Both the position numbers and the translations under genes were made by a program. Positions 10,774 through 18,886 of a stretch of 64,000 nt of DNA are shown one piece after another. The notes beneath the pieces are model-generated. The model was not told the DNA's origin. It made no database searches and worked only from the letters and a program-made list of their open reading frames with translations. Numbering within the stretch: the stretch's first letter is position 1; each line of letters opens with the position of its first letter. The DNA comes from Candidatus Obscuribacteraceae bacterium (lineage in GTDB: Bacteria > Cyanobacteriota > Vampirovibrionia > Obscuribacterales > Obscuribacteraceae), in contig JBGAHS010000007.1 in assembly GCA_044226015.1 (NCBI GenBank), positions 1 to 64,000 on the forward strand. Reading direction: 5' to 3'.

Positions 10774-11367
10774 CTACATCCCCGGCGCTGAATTCAATTC
10801 TTCAATCGATTTTGTCAGCGAGTCACGCAGATGCTTTTGCCGAATGGGTCGTGACTCGGTTAATAAAGGCTTGATTCCCGGTGCAAAAGCAGCAGAAGCC
10901 GCCCCAAAACCCAGGTATTCACAAGCTTTTATCGATACTTCGCTGCACAATGCATCGAGGCTTGTGCAGTCTGAATGAAGGTCCATCACACTCATCGCGT
11001 CCGGCGCACCAATCAAGTAGTCGCTAGCATACAGCGCTAATTTCAGATAGTTCATGAGCCAAGCTGGCATCAGGTCGCCGCCCTGGTCCGCCGCATCCAG
11101 ATGTATCCAGATGCAAAGTAGCTCCTTCACCGCAGGAAGAAACTCTTCTTCCGAAAAGTTTTTCGAGGCAAGCGCTGCCAGATCCGCGTCTTTTATCTTG
11201 GTTGCCAATCCACGAACAGCAATGAGGCGCTCTTTCAGTCGAGCGGAAACTGATATCCCCATTTGAGATACGTAGAAATGAACGCGTTTATAGCGCTCGC
11301 TGCGAGTTTTTGGATTTAGCGCGGGTGAAACGTAAAACCGCGTATCCCCGCCGTCAGCTGCTTCCAT
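10774..11367 (-). CDS. Hypothetical helical protein
   Basis: 197-aa ORF starting 33 bp after the YceI stop, same strand. Confidence 0.7.
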   Translation of the reverse strand: MEAADGGDTRFYVSPALNPKTRSERYKRVHFYVSQMGISVSARLKERLIAVRGLATKIKDADLAALASKNFSEEEFLPAVKELLCIWIHLDAADQGGDLMPAWLMNYLKLALYASDYLIGAPDAMSVMDLHSDCTSLDALCSEVSIKACEYLGFGAASAAFAPGIKPLLTESRPIRQKHLRDSLTKSIEELNSAPGM

Positions 11368-11400
11368 CGATGTGGATCGGGTCCCCGAAGAACTGATCAG

Positions 11401-12096
11401 CTATTTGGCAGGCTTTGCAGCAGGCTTAGGTGCTTCTTTAGAACTCTTACTGCTTCCGCCCTCGACTTGATTATACGCTGTAGCTGAAACTGTGACGATT
11501 ACTGTATCAGCTAGCTTCTGAAAAACAATTTCCGGTCGTTTGATGTCGTGGTCTTTGAATGCTATTGGAAAGCTTGCCTTGATCTGAATCAAGTCGCAAC
11601 CCTCGCGCTTTTGTTCGGTCGCCGGGCATTTGCTGAAGTAAATGACATCAATCGGAACCTGTTTGCTTACCGTTTTTCCGTGCAGAGAAAAGGTGCCATC
11701 GGCTTTTAGCGTTACTTTTTTGCCCGGTTCTAGCTTCTTTGGCGGATTGATAAGCTTGTTTAGTTGGAAAGTGGCTTTGGGAAATTTTTTTGTTTCCAGG
11801 AAATTGTCTCTCATGTGCTCATTGCGCAGAGGAATTCCTGTGTCGATTGAAGCTAAATCTACATCGAACTTTGCTGCGACCGGTTTTGTCAAATCCGTGC
11901 TGTCATCGATTGTTAGCGACCCTGTAATTTTGCTGGTCTTCCCTTCGATGAGTTCTAACGGTGCATCCGAATTAAAACTCGCAAAATCACGATTTTTTTC
12001 GTCTGCAATTTTGAATTCTCTAGGGGCAGCGCTTGCTGCAACTGCACTCAATGCTAGAACTGTGAGAAGGGATGCCGCTGTTAGATTTGCTCGCAT
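11401..12096 (-). CDS. YceI-family periplasmic lipid/polyisoprenoid-binding protein
   Basis: Signal peptide; DLASIDTGIPLRNEHMR, FLETKKFPKATF, GTFSLHG; ATG 1 nt from the upstream stop. Confidence 0.9.
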   Translation of the reverse strand: MRANLTAASLLTVLALSAVAASAAPREFKIADEKNRDFASFNSDAPLELIEGKTSKITGSLTIDDSTDLTKPVAAKFDVDLASIDTGIPLRNEHMRDNFLETKKFPKATFQLNKLINPPKKLEPGKKVTLKADGTFSLHGKTVSKQVPIDVIYFSKCPATEQKREGCDLIQIKASFPIAFKDHDIKRPEIVFQKLADTVIVTVSATAYNQVEGGSSKSSKEAPKPAAKPAK

Positions 12097-12097
12097 T

Positions 12098-12943
12098 TCA
12101 ATTTCCTTTTTTGATCGATCCGACAAAAATGTTGTCTTTCTGCAATTCTTCAATCAGACCTAAGAATTCTACAGTAATACTTGCTGGATCCGACTCTGCC
12201 GTTAAGCTCAATGTGAGCTTGAGCAAGTCAAGGTAAGATTGGCTCGTGTGTGCGTTTTCCACAATTGCAGCGCTTGCTTCGCCCAGTTCGATGAATCTTG
12301 CCTGATCTGTTTCTGGATCTCTGTAAATCACCATGTTGCAGTCTGACTTCGCGAATTTCCTTCGAACACTCTTGCATTCGTCTATATAACTTGCGATTTC
12401 ACCAATAGGATATGCAAACCGGCAAAGCGTCAGCGTTTGATTGACCAGAGGCGCAAATGCGCTCATTGATTCCAGACTGTCGATGCTCACTTTCTCTCCG
12501 CGGTTTATATCGCGGGGATCTTCCAGTTTCTCTAATTCCAACCATTCGTATTCAGCTAGTTCAGCCAACCATGGGAACTTCTTCAAGAAATCCAGGCGCT
12601 CTTCTTTCAAATACTTCGGAAAATTAGCGCAAATTTTGTTGAAATCAAAGTGTTTCGAAGGATATGCCCTGTAATAATCAGCGACCAGTTCTTCCCAGTC
12701 TTTGTTCACAGCTTTTGCGCAAAATGGAAAAATCCTATTAGCCATTCCCTGGTGTTCATAACCTATTGACCTACCATAGACACTCGCGCCTTTGCGGTCG
12801 AGTTGTGCAATGATTTTTGGGTCGAATTTTCGCACCATATCTGGTGCCTCTTCGATTGGCTCATCAGAAAGTAGCCATTCCCGTGATTCCTGATCCAACC
12901 AGAGAACAGACATTGCTTTCTCGATATCCTGGAATGTCGGCAC
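12098..12943 (-). CDS. MNIO partner protein (DUF2063 / HvfC-BufC-like)
   Basis: IFPFC, WEELVADYY, FPKYL, WLAELAEYEWLEL; GTG start overlaps the DUF692 stop by 1 nt. Confidence 0.85.
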   Translation of the reverse strand: MPTFQDIEKAMSVLWLDQESREWLLSDEPIEEAPDMVRKFDPKIIAQLDRKGASVYGRSIGYEHQGMANRIFPFCAKAVNKDWEELVADYYRAYPSKHFDFNKICANFPKYLKEERLDFLKKFPWLAELAEYEWLELEKLEDPRDINRGEKVSIDSLESMSAFAPLVNQTLTLCRFAYPIGEIASYIDECKSVRRKFAKSDCNMVIYRDPETDQARFIELGEASAAIVENAHTSQSYLDLLKLTLSLTAESDPASITVEFLGLIEELQKDNIFVGSIKKGN

Positions 12944-13890
12944 TAGCGTTTTCCTTTCTTTGTGGACACTAGTTCAAGACTCGATGCCATTCTTGCTTCC
13001 GTGCTCTTTGCTCCAGCACTAGTCGCACTCTTTAGATAGTGATTGTTCTTATTCGCTATCTTCCTGAGCTGTTCTAGCTCGGCGATTATCTCGGAAAATT
13101 CGGGGAAGTTTTGATCACGCTCTAACATGATGCCTTTAACATCTGCATCTTTATGCTGCAAAACGAAATCGAGCAACTCATAGACAGGGTCAATAATCGG
13201 CGCACCGTGCGTGTCAATAATGTAATCGCCAATCTTCTTGTGACCAGCCACGTGAATCTGCACAACCCTATCCATCGGGATTTTGCTCACAAAATCCCGA
13301 GCATCAAACTTCAAATTTATAGAATTGACGATGACGTTATTTACGTCCAGAAGCAGCCCACAATCAGCTTTTTCAAGTATTTCACTGATGAATTCGGTCT
13401 CGGGCATCTCACAGCCAGGCATATACATGTAAAACGAAATGTTCTCTAGCAAAAACGGTCTGCCAATGAAGTCCTGAACTCGTTTGATTCGTTCAACGAT
13501 GTGATTGCTTATCTGCTTGTTGAACGGCACTGGAAGCAAATCTTGAATGTAAACGCTGTCGATGCTTGTGAAACACAGGTGGTCGCTCCACCAGGGCGCA
13601 TCAATTTCGTCGAGCAAATTTTTTAGTAAACGCAAATAATCGAAATTCAGATCATCGCCGCTGCCGATGGATAAATTGAGTCCATGGGTGATGATTGGAA
13701 ATGCGCCTTCAGCGGCACGAATGCGCCGTCTAGCCTCACCGCCGATTTCGATGTAATTTTCTGGAGCAATCTCCACGAAGTCTATTAAATGGGAATGGGC
13801 GAAGGTCTCCTTCGACATTTCCCTTCGCAACCCCAAGCCGATTCCCAAAGGATTCAGTTGAGATTTTTGTTGCTGAAAGAATGTTGCCAT
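12943..13890 (-). CDS. DUF692-family multinuclear non-haem iron oxidative enzyme (MNIO)
   Basis: GLGLR, EIAPENY, HGLNLSIG, WSDHLCF, DLLP, LENI, LLDVNN, IHVAGH, IDTHG, LERD. Confidence 0.95.
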   Translation of the reverse strand: MATFFQQQKSQLNPLGIGLGLRREMSKETFAHSHLIDFVEIAPENYIEIGGEARRRIRAAEGAFPIITHGLNLSIGSGDDLNFDYLRLLKNLLDEIDAPWWSDHLCFTSIDSVYIQDLLPVPFNKQISNHIVERIKRVQDFIGRPFLLENISFYMYMPGCEMPETEFISEILEKADCGLLLDVNNVIVNSINLKFDARDFVSKIPMDRVVQIHVAGHKKIGDYIIDTHGAPIIDPVYELLDFVLQHKDADVKGIMLERDQNFPEFSEIIAELEQLRKIANKNNHYLKSATSAGAKSTEARMASSLELVSTKKGKR

Positions 13891-13943
13891 TTAGACCTTC
13901 GCCCCCAGATCTTTCGATCAAAGAAGATGAAATAGAATCGAGC

Positions 13944-14261
13944 TTATTTCTTTTCTTCAGCTGCTTTGCAGGACTTTTCGCCAGCTTTACAGCTCTTTTC
14001 GCCAGCTTTACAGCTCTTTTCGCTCTTCTTGCAGGACTTTTCGCCCTTCTTGCAGGACTTTTCGCCTGCTTTGCAAGATTTTTCTTCTTTCTTCTCTTCT
14101 GTTTTCTTCTCTTTCTTTTCTTTCTTAGCTAGCTTCTTTTCGGTCTTTTCAGCTGCTGGTTTGTCGCCTGCTGCTGGAGCATCATCTGCAAAAGCTGGAG
14201 CGCTGATGCCGAGTGCTGCGATTAGAGCTGCTGCGAGTTGAACTTTAGAGAAATTTTCCAT
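13944..14261 (-). CDS. Secreted Cys-repeat RiPP precursor candidate (6x EKSCK)
   Basis: Sec signal ending AFA, K/E-rich linker, six 7-aa EKSCKx[G/S/A] repeats encoded by 21-bp repeats; RBS GGAG; 53 bp upstream of DUF692. Confidence 0.88.
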   Translation of the reverse strand: MENFSKVQLAAALIAALGISAPAFADDAPAAGDKPAAEKTEKKLAKKEKKEKKTEEKKEEKSCKAGEKSCKKGEKSCKKSEKSCKAGEKSCKAGEKSCKAAEEKK

Positions 14262-14314
14262 GTACGTAGTCTCCTACCTTTAATTTTAGTTGACTGTATA
14301 AACCACTCAAACCG

Positions 14315-14358
14315 TCTCTTATAAAGTTGTCATAATGACAACCCGTATATATAAGAGA
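14315..14358. promoter_or_regulatory. Nested inverted repeat upstream of the MNIO operon (candidate operator or leader hairpin)
   Basis: GTTGTCAT-A-ATGACAAC (14326-14342) flanked by TCTCTTATA/TATAAGAGA. Confidence 0.45.
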
Positions 14359-14778
14359 AACTGTGTGCCATGGTAGTCGTTTCAGATTAAGAAGACCGCA
14401 GAACAAGGTTATGGGAATGTAAAATCATGGATTCGCTGCTCTAGCCTAATGTCCTAGTCTCAACAATTGGTAATTTCTTCAGATTTTGAGCTGAAAAAAG
14501 AGAAGTAAGTAGCTCTTAATTGTCAAAGTCAAGAGCAAATAAAATTTTGGCAATCGCATTCCTTATATATGCAGTTTGTGTTCACTCAAAAATTTCTCAA
14601 AGAAAGTAAAAGACAGAATTTGCTTCTCGTCTAATCGTGATATCGCAATCAAATGTATGCATAAATTGACTCTCTTCGCTTGGATCCACATTTGAATGTT
14701 CTATCAGAATTTTGGGATGAGCACTTGTTGCTATGAAATTTCCAAAATTGATTCAATGAACCTGGTGAACCAAAAGCG

Positions 14779-15108
14779 ATGCGATGTATCGAATGCAATG
14801 AGACGCTGCGCCCGGCACATGAACGGACGTTATCGAATGCGATGCGACAAAAAATTTTTAGGCAAAGGATGAATTGCAAGACACCAAATAGAAGCGCTGC
14901 GAAACCAGTTGGACCAGAAACAAGAAGGCAAAGTGCCACAGTGCATAACACGAAATTGAATTCATTCAATTCATCTGAGCCACAGGTTGAAAGAAGTACA
15001 GTCATTCATCTGGGTAACGTGAATCCATTCGAACTGGATATCGAGAAAGAACTGCAGAAAAGAGAAATGCTGCGTCAAACTTTCCGAGCAATCCTTGCTC
15101 CGGTGTGA
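14779..15108 (+). CDS. Possible hypothetical protein
   Basis: 109-aa ORF divergent from the MNIO operon; no recognisable family. Confidence 0.3.
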   Translation: MRCIECNETLRPAHERTLSNAMRQKIFRQRMNCKTPNRSAAKPVGPETRRQSATVHNTKLNSFNSSEPQVERSTVIHLGNVNPFELDIEKELQKREMLRQTFRAILAPV

Positions 15109-15625
15109 AATTCTACGTGACACTCGTGTGGAGGCTTAGAGTGAAAAGTCCAAGAGATCGACTTGATGAAGGCCGAAACTCGAATGTGTAGCGACTGGTC
15201 GAAATTTTGATTGAGTGATATTAGCGAGAATTCAAATTCCTGATGTGACACCGACAGATCCTCAAGATGTGACACCAATGGATCATCAGAATACTGAACA
15301 ACCGATCGGGATAACCGGCTCAAGTCAAATTGCGCTGACACCTTGCACCCAAATGGGCAACACGATCAGACGGATACATAAAAAGGCTTAGTGACGATGA
15401 GTCGCATTTCGAATCTCGATAGCTTGACTGGCCCACAGACCTCAAGAAATTGAATAGTGCTTAGCGAGAATGTCGAGTTGGAGAAAGCGAATGACGAAAG
15501 TCAAAACGGAGATACGCAAAGCATAATCAGCAGAAGTCGAATCGGTGATCGCAAAGCAGAACTCAAAGGAGATACGCAAAGCATAATCAGCAGAGACGTC
15601 GAATCGGTCGCCGCCCATTCAAGCT

Positions 15626-15656
15626 AAAAGCCGATTGCATGAACCGCGCAATCGGC
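15626..15656 (-). terminator. Terminator after the second precursor
   Basis: GCCGATTGC/GCAATCGGC stem with U-tract on the minus strand. Confidence 0.55.
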
Positions 15657-15681
15657 CTGAATCAACCTTAGAAGAGCGAAT

Positions 15682-15981
15682 TTAGTTAGCTTGTGGAGCT
15701 TCTTCCTTTTTCTCCACTTTCTTCTCTTCCTTCTTCTCTTCCTTCTTTACTTTCTTCTCGGCGTGTTTCTTTTTAGCAGCACTTGCTCCTTTCTCATCTT
15801 TTCCGCAAGAACCTTTACCGCATTTCGATTCATCAGCTAAGTATCTTGGACCACTGTGCTCAACCTTTCCTAGCGAGCTATTTTGGTTGACATCTGGCGT
15901 ACTGGCAATCGCGAGTGTACTGCTGCTAACACCTGTCGCAGCAAGGATCGCCAACAGCTCGGTCTTCGAAATCTTCTTCAT
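15682..15981 (-). CDS. Secreted low-complexity peptide, HvfA/EGKCG-like RiPP precursor candidate
   Basis: Signal-like N-terminus, DESKCGKGSCGK motif, K/E-rich tail, RBS AAGGAG. Confidence 0.75.
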   Translation of the reverse strand: MKKISKTELLAILAATGVSSSTLAIASTPDVNQNSSLGKVEHSGPRYLADESKCGKGSCGKDEKGASAAKKKHAEKKVKKEEKKEEKKVEKKEEAPQAN

Positions 15982-16366
15982 GAACATCTCCTTATTGGAT
16001 ATAAGCAATGTATATACACGCTATTCACATAGGCTTGCTTCTATGTACCCGAATTTTGAAATAGAAACGTGAACATTTCAGTTCGCTAGCAAGAAAAATC
16101 GTGTTGCAATTCGAAATTTTGAGATGCACTTAATCGCTTGAATCAAAATGTCATCGATTGCTTCGAATCCTACATGATATTGGGAGACGATTTTTCTAAG
16201 AGAAGGCGCAAAATTATTTTAGCGTCAATAAGAATTCAAGGTCTAGAAAAGCCTATGCTTAGACCTTTTGCGTTCTCGCAGAGCTCACTGACTCAGCAAA
16301 CATTTGAGTAAGCACTTCTTTTCAGTCCTAAGCATGATTGACGACACCGATCCATTAAAGCAAAGC

Positions 16367-16398
16367 AAAAAAGAAGGACTCACTTTCGTGAGTCCTTC
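16367..16398 (-). terminator. Rho-independent terminator
   Basis: Perfect 11-bp stem GAAGGACTCAC/GTGAGTCCTTC plus U-tract. Confidence 0.85.
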
Positions 16399-16421
16399 CA
16401 ATGATCTTAAAGACGATGTCT

Positions 16422-17054
16422 TTAGCCTTCAGAAGATCCGCCGTTATCACCTGCCATCGGCGCAGAAGCTGCTGCCTTAGGCTTACGTGATGTTGTGCGC
16501 TTCTTTGCTGGCTTCTTAGCTGCTGCCTTCTTTGGAGCCGCTTTCTTAGCTGCTGGCTTTTTAGCTGCTGCTTTTTTAGCTGCTGGCTTTTTGGCTGCTG
16601 CTTTCTTAGTGGTCTTCTTAGCTGCTGCTTTCTTAGGAGCTGCCTTTTTAGCAGTAGTCTTTTTAGCTGCTGCTTTCTTAGGAGCTGCTTTCTTTGTGGT
16701 CTTTTTAGCTGCTGCTTTCTTAGGAGCTGCTTTCTTAGCTGCTGCCTTCTTTGGAGCTGCTTTCTTAGCTGCTGCTTTCTTAGGAGCTGCTTTCTTTGTG
16801 GTCTTTTTAGCTGCTGCTTTCTTAGGAGCTGCTTTTTTAGCAGTTGCTTTCTTAGCAGTTGCTTTCTTAGCTGTAGCTTTCTTTGCTCCTGCTTTTTTAG
16901 CCGGCGCTTTCTTAGCTGCTGCTTTCTTTGTTGTTCTCTTCTTGCGGGTAGCCTTCTTAGGAGCCGCATCTCCACCTTCAGCTTCGTCTGCTACAGCTGC
17001 TGCTGGGGAAACTCCTTTTCGAGCTTTTCTTTTCTTTGGCTTAGTTGCTGCCAT
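16422..17054 (-). CDS. Histone H1-like Lys/Ala-rich DNA-binding protein
   Basis: Many [15 protein letters not shown] pentapeptides; RBS GGAGG; own terminator. Confidence 0.85.
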   Translation of the reverse strand: MAATKPKKRKARKGVSPAAAVADEAEGGDAAPKKATRKKRTTKKAAAKKAPAKKAGAKKATAKKATAKKATAKKAAPKKAAAKKTTKKAAPKKAAAKKAAPKKAAAKKAAPKKAAAKKTTKKAAPKKAAAKKTTAKKAAPKKAAAKKTTKKAAAKKPAAKKAAAKKPAAKKAAPKKAAAKKPAKKRTTSRKPKAAASAPMAGDNGGSSEG

Positions 17055-17711
17055 TAACGTTCCTCCTACTTATATATAGTATGGCTTGGCAAAATTCTTG
17101 GATGAGCTATCAAATTTACGACACTAATCGAGCCGACTATGTTTGGAACCCTCTCAGAACAATTTTGCTTGTGCCACCACTCTTAGTGAGAGCATTCACT
17201 CTCGTTGATCACACCACACATAAAATAGGTTACTTTCAATCTGAAGAAATTGCAAGACCACCCACCTCTGAAAATGATCCATTCCCAGTTTCGTAATTCT
17301 TCAATCGAGCAAAACAGTACTCTGTGAAGAATGGCTTTATATGCGCTTCTTCGAGTGATACCTTATCTGGTGAATGCTCTAAATTTGAGCTGAAAATCCC
17401 AAAAAAAAAATTTTTGAGATTTTTGCACTTTCATTTCCATCGAGTTACAGCTTGTCCTCAAGCAAGTCGAAAAAATGCTTGAAATTTTTTGCGTAAATGT
17501 TGATCAAGAGCCAGAGTTCGCAAAAAAATACGCAATCATTTCCAAACTCTGCTTCAAAATTTTGATCTACATTGATGACCTTCAACTCATTCACGAAATG
17601 TTTACATCTAATAATCCCAGAGACCAAATTTCTGAGGCTTTTTTGTCGTGATACTGTTGGTGATACCACTTCGTGTTTGGTCGAAATCCCAGACCGCTTA
17701 CTGTGCAAGCC

Positions 17712-18698
17712 TTATATGTGTGTGCCGCCGGCGTAACCAAACGCAGATCTGAAACCTTCAGTTTGAACAGATTTCAAATCCGCAAAGTCAATGACGTCAT
17801 GGTCGATTAACCTTTCGTATTCGCCCGGTAGAGTACAAGGTGCTGGATTGCGGCCTGGGTTGTCTGTGCAAATAGCGATGGCGACCCCAGCTTTGCGACA
17901 CCTATCGAAGACTGTTTTGAGTTTGTGAAAGTCCTTGAGAACACCAGTTTGTCTGTAGCTGGTTGGACAAACTTCCAAAGTGATTTGCTTTTTCGCCAAT
18001 TCTTTTAGCATTTCTGGTTTGTCCATAGCGATGTGTATGCCATGTCCAATTCTGTCGAGGACCGTGAAATATTGGCTGTGTACGTTATCTATGCTTGTCT
18101 CTCCAAGATGCGCAGTCGTTTTGAGTCCTGCGGCTCTTGCTTTAGCGAGAAGCTTGACCCAGACCTCCCACTTCTCAGGTTCAATTTCTGGACCGGCAAG
18201 ATCTATTCCAACAACTGGCCCGAGATTGTCCTTTGCTACTTTTAGAATTGCTTCGTTCAAATTCTGTGGCAACCTGCGATCGAGGCAGAGTATTTGCTTA
18301 ACGGTGATCGGGTATTCTGCTGGACGAAGATTTGCTGTAATGACTTCGACTATGTCGGTCATCTGACTAATACGTTTTGCAGGTGGCAAATTTTTGTCTG
18401 TGCGGAAATATGGGTTGTACCTAATCTCCATGTATTGCAAATTTTCAAAGGTGTAGGCCCCGCGGCAGAGCCGTAAACAGAAGTAGGGCAGGTGTTCTAG
18501 GCTTTGAAGTTCTTCGACGAGGCTGTGGATTTTGACAAACTCTTCCAGCGAGTTGCATGGTCGAGTGAACCAATTTAGGAAACCATCATAGTCTGGAAAA
18601 AAGTTCAGAATGGCATGATCATTCTTCTGGAGAAATTTGTAAATGATTCTAGGGTGTAAAGCGCCTCCGAGATGGCGATGCAAATCTGCATAAAGCAT
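17712..18698 (-). CDS. add: Adenosine deaminase family protein
   Basis: DLHRHLGG, GIDLAGPE, AHLGE, RIGHG, LEVCPTS, CTDNP. Confidence 0.88.
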   Translation of the reverse strand: MLYADLHRHLGGALHPRIIYKFLQKNDHAILNFFPDYDGFLNWFTRPCNSLEEFVKIHSLVEELQSLEHLPYFCLRLCRGAYTFENLQYMEIRYNPYFRTDKNLPPAKRISQMTDIVEVITANLRPAEYPITVKQILCLDRRLPQNLNEAILKVAKDNLGPVVGIDLAGPEIEPEKWEVWVKLLAKARAAGLKTTAHLGETSIDNVHSQYFTVLDRIGHGIHIAMDKPEMLKELAKKQITLEVCPTSYRQTGVLKDFHKLKTVFDRCRKAGVAIAICTDNPGRNPAPCTLPGEYERLIDHDVIDFADLKSVQTEGFRSAFGYAGGTHI

Positions 18699-18886
18699 TT
18701 GTGGTTTGCTCCAATCTGAACTGTTGTCTTTTTATATACCTCTGACCGAGGTTAACCTAAACCGTTAGCCCTTTGACTGAAAATGCAGCGAAGTATCAGG
18801 CTTGAGCTCATTAGCGCCAAAAGTGACTGCTACAGCTGTTTTTGGGAGTATGCTTCCTTATTCGGAGGGGAAAGAAAAGAATTCGC

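Noticed and set aside
16355..17079. Alternative-frame and antisense ORFs over the H1-like gene, and 13881-14241 over the precursor
   Set aside because: These are shadows of low-complexity coding repeats; the RBS and terminator support the called frames.
17712..18698. Canonical RADAR RdrB
   Set aside because: Too short, resembles a housekeeping cyanobacterial-type deaminase, and the partner is an SF1 helicase rather than an RdrA-type ATPase.
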